From positions 131,192,001 to 131,256,000 of the forward strand of contig OX597818.1 of assembly GCA_951406725.2 (NCBI GenBank): 64,000 bases of DNA, written 5' to 3'. The DNA is from Octopus vulgaris. Lineage: Eukaryota. This document shows positions 52,267 through 64,000 of the stretch, piece after piece; positions within the stretch are counted from its first letter, which is position 1, and the number at the start of each line of letters is the position of its first letter. Position numbers and translations under genes: made by a program. The notes under the pieces were generated by a model. The model was not told where the DNA came from, searched no databases, and worked only from the letters and a program-made list of their open reading frames with translations.

Positions 52267-52674
52267 AATTGAACACTCATACACAAAGTATGTGTTGGTA
52301 GTTCGTGGGTCAACTGCAGTCTTTAGGTGTAAGAGAATATATTTTCTTATGCCTAAAATCTGTAGCCGACCCATGAACTATCAACACACGTACCATGTGT
52401 ATGTATGTTTGATTTTGCATAAATACCTCAAGCTACTTCTAATTCATATTTGAAGATATATATATATTCCCTCTCTCTCTTTCGGAGAGGCAGTGAGCAG
52501 CTATACGCACACCTACCCAAAGTGCCACGCAGTGGGACTGAACCCTAAGCCATGTAGCTAGGATATATATATATATATATATATATACATAAATATATAC
52601 ATATATATATATACATATATATACATATACACACACACACATATATATATAGATATACACATATATATACATAT

Positions 52675-52709
<35 letters not shown>

Positions 52710-53421
52710 CACTCATACATATATATATATATGCATACATCCAAATATACACATTTGCATTCATATATCTACACACATACAGAAATCCATGCACACACAC
52801 ATGTGTGTTTGTGTGTGTGGATTTCTGTAGATATGCACATATATTGAGAGTTAATGGAACAGTGGACAACCATTAATATTTTCTTTTCTTATGAACAGCT
52901 CTAAGTTGTGTGCTTGGACAAGGCTCTAAATCTTCACAGCCAAAGTCATCAATCTAGGAGCAATTAGCATTGCAGTTTATAGATTATCACTGTAAGCAGA
53001 AGCCATGCTGTATTTAACAGGCATATTGTGCTGCGTATAGCTCCAGCATGAAAAGTTCACTTCAAGCTGCCTAGATCAAGAAAAATATTTTCCTCTCATC
53101 TACTAAACATGACAGAAACTGGGGGTAAGTCATTGCTGTGTCTATAGATCCTAGCAGATGATATTCCTTTAGACACAACAATAAAAACAACAATAAAAAC
53201 ACTGAAACTAATGAAGTCTCTGATGGAAATCAAATCTTTAGTATCTTAGTGATCAAATACGATAACAACTGCCCTGTAGAGACACTGCTTTAATTATAGT
53301 TTCAAACTGAGTGTACAAGGTATTAATCTGCAATAATAAGATTTTCTACACTGGTTTCATACAAAATTTATTTTGCAACTTAACTTATATATCTATCTAT
53401 CTATCTATCTATATATATATA

Positions 53422-53488
<67 letters not shown>

Positions 53489-53639
53489 GTAGTTGAATGA
53501 ATTATCTTATTAAGGATAATTCGAAAGATAACCGATACCTGGGTAGCAAATTCACATCAGAAAGAACACGGTTGAAGCTACATCCCTAGGGCATAGACTA
53601 CGTGTCTTCGTGCGGAAATTTGTATGTTTATTTTAAAAT

Positions 53640-53724
53640 TATAAGTATATGAAAGAATGGAGTTGAACGACTTGAGAATAAAAGATATTTGTAAACTAGT
53701 CGTTCAACTCCATTCTTTCATATA

Positions 53725-53730
<6 letters not shown>
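53640..53730. repeat. Perfect 33-bp inverted repeat, 25-nt loop, abutting (TA)n
   Basis: 53640-53672 is the exact reverse complement of 53698-53730. Confidence 0.95.
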
Positions 53731-53771
<41 letters not shown>

Positions 53772-53863
53772 GTATGCATGTATGGTATGTATGTACGTGT
53801 GTCTGTCTGTGTGTTTGTGTGAGTGCATATATAACTGTATATATGAGTGTATTTATATATATG

Positions 53864-54072
53864 TGACCACGTGTGTACCGTTGGTGATTTTTTCCCTCTG
53901 TCTTCCCTTCTCTGGATCTTTCCTTCTCCTATGTTTCCAACGAAGAGCTCTACTCGAAACATTAAAACCCTCCTTCTTTCCTTCTTTCCTGAGCGTCCAA
54001 TAATACCATATTTGTTCCACGTCCTTGCGTTGTTGTGTTTTTTTTTTGTGCTTTCATGTTTGGATTAACTTT
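53864..54072 (+). mobile_element. Family E copy
   Basis: Ends tttggattaactt(TA)n; decayed hammerhead at ~53934-53966. Confidence 0.78.
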
Positions 54073-55200
54073 ATATATATATATATATATATCATGGATG
54101 TATGGTTAAGAAGGTCATTTCTCAATGGTGTGTATTTAAGTTCAGTCCCACAGCAAGATACTTCATGCAGAGATGTCTTCTATTAATGCCTCAAGCTAAG
54201 CAAAACACTAAGAGAGTATTTTGTAGACAGGATGTGAAAGAAACCTATTGCATAATGATATATAAATATATGTATATGTGTATCCATCCATCCAGCAGCA
54301 TCACTTATCGTCCCTATTCCATGTTGGCATGGGTTGTGGTTGGAAAGTCCAGCAGGACTGAACAAGCTGGAAGACTGCTTTGTTCTCCAATGTCCATTTT
54401 CGCATGGTTTCTATAGTTGGATGCACTTCCTAACATCAACCCACTTTGAAGAATGTATTGGGTGCCTTTTTCCATCACAGCACTAGTACTAATGTGGTCA
54501 CCAAGTAAATTGCAAAACAAGACGTTGCAAATGAGTGGGAGTGTAACATTGAGTGGGGTGGCATTGAGTGTGGTGGCATTGAGTCTGGTGTTGAGAGGAT
54601 ACTTTATGATAAAGAGAAGGAAGAGGTTTCGTGTTGTAGAGGAGATACATGGCAACTCCACCAGCAGGAAAGGAAGAAAGAATGGTGGAGATATCAGAGC
54701 ATACCCTCAATGTACAAGAAAGCGAGTATAAGAGAGAATTTAGGGAGGTGATTGAGAATGTGTGGAAGAATAGGTACATAAGAGTGTGGAAGGAGAATGG
54801 AGATTTTTAGAGATGGGGACAATCTAGATCAGCAAGTAAAGGACCCTGTCAAAGCTCATAGAAAGCCAAGTACAGCAGTTTACTTTTAGCAAAAACCTTC
54901 TCCTGGAATTTCCTTACTAGGAAGAGAGCACAAACCCAAACTGCATTTTATCTAATCTAACTCTATTCCTAAGTTTTTGAGCAAAAACTAATTTTCATGA
55001 TCTGATCCACCAGTTTGATATATCTATAATTACTTCTCTATGAGGCTGTAGGTATGTATATATAAATATATATATATATAATTAGCGAGAGAGAGAGACA
55101 GAGACAGAGTGAGACAGACAGATAGGTAGTTAGATAAATAGGTAGATATTGAAAATGTTAAGAATTTTCACATGAGCAAATTTGTATTAAAAAGAAAAGG

Positions 55201-55577
55201 AAGAAAATACTGAGTTTATCATGAACAAACCAACAAATTTTTTTTATCAAAAATATGTTACTTGTTTCAATTGTCTAAATCAATTTAGTCATGTTGTAAA
55301 AGAAAGTAAAATAAACTGAATTGAATTGAATTAATCTTTTATGATATCAGTTTTGGGTGTTCCAAGGTTTTCTATAAAAAAATTCACATGGTGCCTGTTG
55401 TTGTAATGTGAACATCCAAAACTGATATCATAAACGATTAATTTATTTCTATTTATTTTTCCTGCCCTTAAGGTATGATTAAATTAACTTAAAACAATTG
55501 AAACTGGTAGCATATTCTGATAAAAAATGTAGATTTTTTTTTTGCTTGTTTACGATAGTTCTCAAAATATTTTCTTA
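55201..55577. repeat. Diverged long foldback (MITE-like)
   Basis: aagaaaata...atcaaaaatatgttac..gtttcaattgt...ttatgatatcagttttgggtgttc is mirrored by gaacatccaaaactgatatcataa...acaattgaaac..gtagcatattctgat...tattttctt. Confidence 0.8.
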
Positions 55578-55871
55578 TATATACACACTTCATTTGTGGG
55601 TTAACAAGACAGCCAATCTTTTCAGGTAAAAAGATTTTCACAATTGCTCAAGTAAGCCACATGCAAGTTTTGGTATTCTCATCCAAAATGGAGACAAGTA
55701 CCATGTGGTATGCTTAAATAATTGTAATGATCTTCTCACATGAAACCATTAGTCATGTTGTTAACCTCCAGATAAAGAATATTTTTCCACCAATTCAGTG
55801 TTGAGCACTCCTTCTCATTGGTCAATATTATCATACACACGTGTGTGTGTGGGGGGGGGTGCAAGTGTGTG

Positions 55872-56145
55872 TATCGTTTGAGGTACACAGTATAAAGATG
55901 AGAGCTACTAACAGATTCTTGCTGTGAAGACACATGGCCAGGCAGGTTTTTATAATGTGCCCTGTGTCTCCAAACAATCTTCAGACATTGAAGGATGCTT
56001 ATCTTCAAATAGAACAGACCATGTGCTAAGTAATTGAAGATTGCCTGAAAATGCAAGGCACATTATAAAACCCCACCTAGCACCATATCTTCACAGCAAG
56101 AAACTATAAGTAGCTCTTATCTTTATACTGTGCACATTAAATGAT
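55872..56145. repeat. Diverged foldback (~110-bp arms, MITE-like)
   Basis: cacagtataaagatgagagctact...ttcttgctgtgaaga...ttttataatgtgcc...caatcttca is mirrored by tgaagattg...ggcacattataaaa...tcttcacagcaagaa...agtagctcttatctttatactgtg. Confidence 0.85.
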
Positions 56146-56222
56146 ATTTATCTCTCTCTGGATGTAGTACTTCTTTGTTGATCCTGCCTAAATGTAACAG
56201 TAAACTATATATATATATATAT

Positions 56223-56672
56223 AAAGTTAATCCAAACAAGAAAGCACAAAAAACAAAACAACGCGAGGATGTGGAACAAATATAGTGTTATTGGACGCTT
56301 AGGAAAGAAGGAAAGAAGGAGGGTTTAACGTTTCGAGTGGAGCTCTTCGTCGGAAACATAGGAGAAGGAAAGATCCAGAGAAGGGGAGACAGAGGAAAAA
56401 AAAATCGACAACGGTACACACATATATATATATATATAAAGATCCAGAGAAGGGAAGACAGAGGAAAAAAATCGACAATGGTACACACATGGTCACACAC
56501 ACACACATATATATATATATATAGAGATCTCTGGATCTTTCCTTCTCCTATGTTTCCGACGAAGAGCTCCGCTTGAAACGTTAAACCCTCCTTCTTTCCT
56601 TCTTTCCTGAGCGTCCAATATATTTGTTCTACGTCCTCGCGTTGTTGTGTTTTTTGTGCTTTCTTGTTTGGA
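56223..56672. mobile_element. Inverted pair of family E elements with partial duplication, in (TA)n
   Basis: Minus copy 56223-56420 (hammerhead 56324-56356), partial repeat 56438-56497, plus copy 56526-56672 (hammerhead ~56553-56585). Confidence 0.82.
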
Positions 56673-57218
56673 TATATATATATATATTTTATTTTATAGA
56701 AGGAGCTCCTTCTATAAAATAAATTACTTTACTCTGCTATATATTGAGTACCTTATTTACTGTGGTTAACCCGACTCAACCCGGGACCTACATATATATA
56801 TAATAACAGACGCTAAACGATGATGATGATGATGATGATGATGATGAATTCAAATAATAAGAAAACAAAGAAATCCTTTAACACATCTTTAATGATTTAC
56901 TACAATTGTTTTTCAACCAACTTCGTTTGCAACACCAATTTATATAATATTCAAAGAGAAAATTTAGGTAATATTTGCAATTTTAGACTTCAGACTGACA
57001 CTTCATCAGACTTGCATCAAAAGTGCACTCTTACAGTGTGTGTCTTCCAGACATTGTTTTTTTTTTATTTATATTATGCAGAAACAAAAAGTAAATAAAA
57101 ATATGGTTAGGGGATAAATAATTAGAATAGAGATCATGTGGGAAGGATGAAGAGGAAGAAGAAAAAGAGGAATACAAAGAAGATACACACACACACACAC
57201 ATACATATATATGCATGT

Positions 57219-57508
57219 ATCATCATCATCATCATCGTTTAACGTCCGTTCTCCATGCTAGCATGGGTTGGACGGTTCGACCGTGGATCTGGGAAGCCAG
57301 AAGGCTGCACCAGGCTCCGGTCTTATCTGGCAATGTTTCTACAGCTGGATGCCCTTCCTAACGCCAACCACTCCGTGAGTGTAGTGGGTGCTTTTTACGT
57401 GCCACCTGCACTGGTGCCAGGCGAGGCTGGCATCGGCCATGGTCAGATTGGTGCATTTTACGTGCCACAGGCACGGAAGCCAGTCGAGGCGGCACTGGCT
57501 TCGGCCAA
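57219..57508 (-). mobile_element. Family R element, young
   Basis: Almost identical to 42345-42640. Confidence 0.85.
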
Positions 57509-57542
<34 letters not shown>

Positions 57543-57835
57543 CTGAACATGTTGAATACAGTTGAAAATTCGTTACTTCCTGCCATTTCACCTGAAGAAA
57601 TGAACGCATGAAAAAAGATGTTCATGGATATTGCAAATCTGACTCATATCATCCCAGGTATGTGGACTATGGTTACAAAACCATGTGAGCTGTGGAAATG
57701 CATGTAGCAATGCATTAAAATATTCATAAACTTCATCCATGGATTACTTTTATTATTATTACAATATATACCTATATACATGCATATATATTAGAAGGCT
57801 TGGAGATGATGTACAGGTATTATATATTAGAAGAA

Positions 57836-58091
57836 ATGAGGTACTCAGAAATCTGGATGGTTTTATATTTACAGATATTTATTAGTATGTTACATGTTTT
57901 TATAAATCATATATCATATATTAGTGCTTTCGTCCACTCTAGTGGAGTTTTCAAATTGAACTATTTGAAAATTGAATAATTAGAAAACTCCACTAGAGTG
58001 GATGAAAGCGCTAATATATATGATTTATAAAAACATGTAACATACGAATAAATATCTGTAAATATAAAACCATCCAGATTTCTGAGTACCT

Positions 58092-58094
<3 letters not shown>
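57836..58094. repeat. Foldback (~115-bp arms) of the UUGAAAA-hammerhead repeat family
   Basis: 57836-57952 mirrors 57983-58094 with few differences. Confidence 0.88.
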
Positions 58095-58120
<26 letters not shown>

Positions 58121-58122
<2 letters not shown>

Positions 58123-58313
58123 CATCATCATCATCATCATCATCGTTTAACGTCCGTTTTCCGCGCTAGCACGGGTTGGACGGTTCGACCGGAGTCTGGG
58201 AAGCCGGGGCTGCACCAGGCTCCAGTCTGATCTAGCAGTGTTTCTACAGCTGGATGCCCTTCCTGATGCCAACCACTCCGCAAGTGTAGTGGGTGCTTTT
58301 TACGTGCCACCTG

Positions 58314-58316
<3 letters not shown>
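58121..58316 (-). mobile_element. Family R element
   Basis: Same sequence as 126-314. Confidence 0.82.
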
Positions 58317-58356
<40 letters not shown>

Positions 58357-58648
58357 TCACACGCACACACACACATATGCATTATAAGACTAAATAACAA
58401 AGGAGTGTTTAATTCATTAGCTTAGATCTGTATCTAATAAGAAAGTTGAACACTGTTACGTATAGAGTACTTCATGCCCCCAGTTTGTTTAATGCCATTG
58501 AATTCATTTATTAGGTGAGAGAATTACATTTATACACATACCTGCACCAGATGACTTGAGTTTACAATGATTTATCTTCAGAAGAAACAGCATAAAAGGT
58601 AAGTGTAAAGAATAAAGCAATGAGTGAGAAAATATAAACATTTGTAGC

Positions 58649-58684
<36 letters not shown>

Positions 58685-58875
58685 ATAACCACTCACACAT
58701 ACACACATATATATAGAGAGAGAGAAAGAGAGGGAAAGAGAAAGAGGGAGTGAGAGAAAGAGAGTGAGTTGGAAAGAGAGGACATAGATGAGAAGGCAAG
58801 TTTGAATTGGTGATCACTGCATACTGGACAATGTTTTCCACATAGAAACATATGGTGTCTGTCTATTCACACTGT

Positions 58876-59053
<178 letters not shown>

Positions 59054-59472
59054 ACAGAGTTTGTACACATTCACACACTTACATATTAATGACTGAAATA
59101 ATAACAAATATAAATCTCAACACATTAATAGAACATATATATATATATCTTTTAAAATTTAACTGTGTGAGTGTGCGTGTGTGTGTAGCTATTATCATTC
59201 AATGTTTCTTTTCCATGCTGGCATGAGTTTTGAATTAATGAGTCTACTAATGTATTTGTGGGATTTGATGTTGTTAGGTGCCCTGCTGTAGTCACCTCAC
59301 TCTGCGATCTCTTTCTTGGTCTCCCCATTTATGCATTTGTAAGTAAATATTCATGCATATATGTGTGTGTGTGTGTGTATGTGTGTGTAAATACTTATTT
59401 ACATATATACATACACAAACACACATGCTTATATACATATATACACACACACACACGTACACACATATATAT

Positions 59473-59505
59473 ATAGATAAATACATAGACAGACAGACAG
59501 ACAGG

Positions 59506-59552
<47 letters not shown>

Positions 59553-59565
59553 GTAGGTAGGTAGG

Positions 59566-59612
<47 letters not shown>

Positions 59613-59753
59613 GTAGATAGATAGGTAGGTAGATAGGTAGATAGATAGGTAGGTAGGTAGGTAGGTGGGTAGGTAGATAGATAGATAGATAGGTAGATAG
59701 ATAGGTAGGTAGGTAGGTAGGTAGGTAGGTAGATAGATAGATAGGTAGATAGG

Positions 59754-59811
<58 letters not shown>

Positions 59812-59855
59812 GGTAGATAGATAGATAGATAGACAGACAGATTGATAGATAGATA
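59473..59855. repeat. (GATA)n/(GGTA)n microsatellite
   Basis: Direct reading. Confidence 0.95.
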
Positions 59856-61793
59856 TACAAATAAATAACCATCCATGCATATATACACACACTCACACAT
59901 ATACACACATGCACACACATGCACACACACACACACACATACCTATAACTATGTGTATATGTGCTTGTGAGTCTATATGCACATATGTGTATGCTTAAAC
60001 ATACGTTTCCTTCCTGCATCCATATGATGTATTTATATACATATACAAAGACAAACGCACATTCACACACATACCAACACCTACACGACTTACACAGACA
60101 CACACACACATGCCATACACATGCCCAAGAACAGAAGTAATAATGAGTTATGAAAAGTTGGTAAATCACGGAAAATTGGTCGGAGATCTGTCGGAAAGAT
60201 ATGCATGCATCTTACTCCTTGTTCTCCGTCCCCCTCCCCGCTTACTTTCTCCTCCCACCCCATCACCTACCCTCTTTCTCTATTCCTCTCTTTCTTTCTT
60301 ACTACTTCTCTTTTACTGTCTCATCTCTATTTGTCCTACATCTCTCTCTCTCCATCCCTCCCTCTTTGGTTGTTTGCCTATCTCTAACTATCGAACTATG
60401 TTATATATATATATATATATATATAACATATATATATATACACACACACACACATATATATATATATAATGTATAATATATTTATGTATATATGATGTAT
60501 ATACATTATATGCATTATTATACATATGATTTTCAAATGTATATATGATGTATATATATATGTATACACACACACACACACATACATATATATATATATT
60601 AATGTATAACATATTTATGTATATTTGATGTATATATATAAATTATATATATATATATAAATTGTTATGAATTACATACATTTATATATGTGTGTGTGTA
60701 TGTATGTATATTTGTATATATATGTGTATATATATATATGTATGCATGTATGTATATATATATATATATATATATATTTCTTAAATATCTAACATAGGTC
60801 TTCCACCTACTGTCCCCTACTCTCTTTCTTTACTCTCTCTCTCTCTCTCTCTCCCCCTCCCTCTCCCTTAGTCTCTTACATAAGCACATCCATTTGCCAG
60901 CAGTTTACGGTGACGAAGAAGCTTTACCATTCTCAGAAACCAATCTCTACCATAATAACTATAAATCACAGAACCACCAATCTTTCTTTGATGCTAACAA
61001 TAACGCAACATTTCTTGCCAACATATGTAATGCGCTGGTCTATAGATAAGTGTTTGTGTGCATTGCAACTGTAGGACTATCCCCATCACCATTGCCATCA
61101 TTGTTCTTGTCATCATCATTATCGTTATTGACATCACCGTCAACATCATCATCATCATCATTGACATCACCATCAACTTACCTACCTACTCACTTAATAG
61201 CTCTCACTTTCAATCTCTATTTCTCTCTCTCTTTCCTCTGTCTCTGTCTGTCTATCTGTGTTTTTTTTTTTAATTTCTCTTTTCTTTGGTTCCTTTTCCT
61301 TTTTTTTAAATTTTTTTGTTCTTTTTTTCCCTTTTACGATCCCTTTTGATCGAAAACCTACGCCACCTTTTTTTTTTGTTTCCTTTGATTTTTGTTTTTT
61401 TGTTTTTTTTCATCCCCCAAAGGAAAAGCTCCACCTTGTAACTTATCCCATCTGTGTGCAGCCCTGTGTGGCCAATAAAGAAACTTATCTATCTATCTAT
61501 CTATCTATCTAGCCCTCAATCACAGATCTGTTTTATCCATACTCATCTGACCATTTTTACTAATTTAAATATCATTGGTGCACATTACATGAAAAGTTAA
61601 AGATAGGTGTAAGCATGGCTGGGAGGTTAAGAAGCTTGCTTTGCAATTGCTTGGTTTCAAGTTCAGTCCCACTGCATAGTATCTTGGATAATTGTGTTCT
61701 ACTGTAGCCTTGAGGTGGCCAATGTCCTGTGACAATTTGATTAAAAGAAATTTGGTAAACAGAAACTGCACAGAGGACCATCATATATACACA

Positions 61794-61830
<37 letters not shown>

Positions 61831-62073
61831 CAACTAATGTAGGATAAAATTTTTTTTGAAAAAAAAATTTTATCAATGGCCAGCATATCAAAAAATACCT
61901 TTTAAAGGTTAAATTTATAAATAACTTATAAAATAAGGGCAAAAGAAAAATTCTAATGCCAAATATGCCAAAAAAAAGACAAAATTGTCAATAACCATTA
62001 TAATTTATGCGTCTCGAAACAAGCCGATAGAAATTTCTAAAAAATCCGTTATTACCGTATTGGTCTCAATAAG

Positions 62074-62177
<104 letters not shown>

Positions 62178-62224
62178 CATATATGTATGTATGTATGCAT
62201 GTATGTTTGGATGGATGGATGGAT

Positions 62225-62585
62225 ACAGATGCAGGTATGTCTGAGTGGTAAGAGGCTTGCTTCTCAACCATATGGTTCTGGGTTCTGTCCCACTGTATGG
62301 CACCTTTGGCAAGTGTCTTCTACTATAACCTTGGCAAACCAAAGCTTTCTGAGTAGATTTGGGAGACAGAAACTGAAAGAAGGCCACGTGCACACATGCA
62401 TGTGTGTGTGTGTTTTTGTCCCCTACCACTCCCTGATAACAGATGTTGGTGTGTTTATGCTTTTGTAACTTAGCAAAACAATAAGGACTATACTAAAGAA
62501 ATAAGTACTGGGGTTGATTTGTTCAACTATACCCTTCAAGTGCTCCAGCATGGCTGCAGTTCAATGACTGAAACAAATAAAAGAA
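62225..62585 (+). mobile_element. SINE family B, diverged (another remnant at ~61605-61790)
   Basis: Head, CORE-like segment and ccagcatggctgcagttcaatgactgaaac tail are recognisable. Confidence 0.75.
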
Positions 62586-63005
62586 GATAAAAGGAGAAAA
62601 AGAACTGAGAATAGCCCTTGTGTGCACCATTTCAGAACTACTGACAAAGAGGCTTCCTTGGTGAATCAACCCTGAAAGGCTCCTTTCTTAAGGGCACCTA
62701 TATCGGTCTAGTTTTATGTCACTTGATTAATGAGAGGTAAAAATCTAGATATTTAATGCATTCCATCACTGATGAAATTCTATGACAACCTGAGACCAGC
62801 TTGTAGCATTGAAGTAAACAGAAGAAAAACAAACAAAATGAATTTTTTCATTAACAAAGCACAAAACTCTTCGGTAGATTTGGACTCAATACATGCAAAT
62901 AGGTATTGCAATATCTGATCCATCAAGTCAATTGTTTTTCGAAGATTTTTTCCTATCTATAGCCATATGCGTATTTATTGCTGACTTAAAAATAATACAT
63001 TTATA

Positions 63006-63424
63006 GAAGGCGGTGAGCTGGCAGAAACGTTAGCACACCGGGCAAAATGCGTAGCCGCATTTCGTCTGCCGTTACGTTCTGAGTTCAAATTCCGCCGAGG
63101 TCGACTTTGCCTTTCATTCTATCGGGGTCGATAAATAAAGTACCAGTTACGCACTGGGGTCTATGTAATCGACTTAATCCCTTTGTCTGTCCTTGTTTGT
63201 CCTCACTATGTTTAGCCCCTTGTGGGTAATAAAAAGATAGGTATTTCGTCTGTCGCTACGTTCTGAGTTCAAATTCCGCCGAGGTCAACTTTGCCTTTCA
63301 TCCTTTCGGGGTCGATAAATAAAGTACCAGTTACGCACTGGGGTCGATGTAATCGACTTAATCCCTCTGTCTGTCCTTGTTTGTCCCCTTTAATGTTTAG
63401 CCCCTTGTGGGCAGTAAAGAAATA
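63006..63424 (+). mobile_element. SINE family A 1.7-mer within a single TSD
   Basis: Full unit 63006-63240, then a 5'-shortened unit from gtatttcgtctg; TSD aatacatttata at 62994-63005 and 63425-63436. Confidence 0.9.
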
Positions 63425-63739
63425 AATACATTTATAATGACACAAAGTTACCAAGTGAAACTACAAAATATTTCTTCCCCTGCTTGTGTCCACTACTGTA
63501 AGAATCACGGCACATTTCAATCCAACACTGCATTCATGGAGTGGGATAAGATATGAAGCAATTACATTTAGATATTAAAGATTTTCTTAGAAATTCTAAT
63601 TTCTTCCTGTTACTTTATTCCATCTATCTTTCTCTCTCATCTCTCTTTCTCTTGACATGCCACAAACACACACAAATACATAAACAGATATTATCCCCTT
63701 CTCTCTTTTCTTCCTCAATTTTCTTTACATTCTACACAT

Positions 63740-63823
<84 letters not shown>

Positions 63824-64000
63824 ATACTCACACACATGCATTACTTCTGTCTTTCTGCCTCTCCCTCGTCTCTCTTTCAATTATAATTTCCCCAGTGAAA
63901 CCTAATTTATGATGATGAAGAAATGACTCTAGTCTTTAATTAGGGATTTTCATCAGCTGGAGTCAGCGCATAAGTAGAGGGCTCTGACCCTAGCGTACAT

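Noticed and set aside
62765-62810. ctgatga...gagac possible hammerhead remnant
   Set aside because: No GAAA box and stem II does not pair.

Overview
AT-rich eukaryotic non-coding DNA, probably intronic or intergenic. It is dominated by microsatellites ((TA)n, (TACA)n, (TAA)n, (CAT)n, (GATA)n) and interspersed repeats. The SINE families and the repeat mix are what I recall from coleoid cephalopods, probably genus Octopus; this is inference from memory, not a search. No intact host CDS, rRNA, tRNA or CRISPR array is supportable, and almost all ORFs in the track are microsatellite translations. Recognisable protein remnants are all transposon-derived: RTE-clade LINE RT with a PHD-like insert, an RTE endonuclease fragment, CR1-type ORF2 C-termini, a Penelope-like RT/GIY-YIG fragment and a Tc1/mariner transposase N-terminus. 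There are at least four tRNA-derived SINE families, many copies with clear TSDs. The most notable signal is about 17 hammerhead-ribozyme-like motifs, some decayed, in several short repeat families. They include a ~360-bp tandem unit with a type I hammerhead in each complete copy (retrozyme-like, 47.9-48.8 kb), minimal Penelope-type hammerheads in (TA)n-embedded foldback elements, and non-canonical cores (UUGAAAA with a compensatory U3-A8 pair, CCGANGA, CUGUCGA). A 21-nt minus-strand microexon candidate and several TE-poor islands hint at an unseen host gene. SINE family letters (A, A2, B, C, D) and repeat letters (E, F, R) are my own labels for this window.
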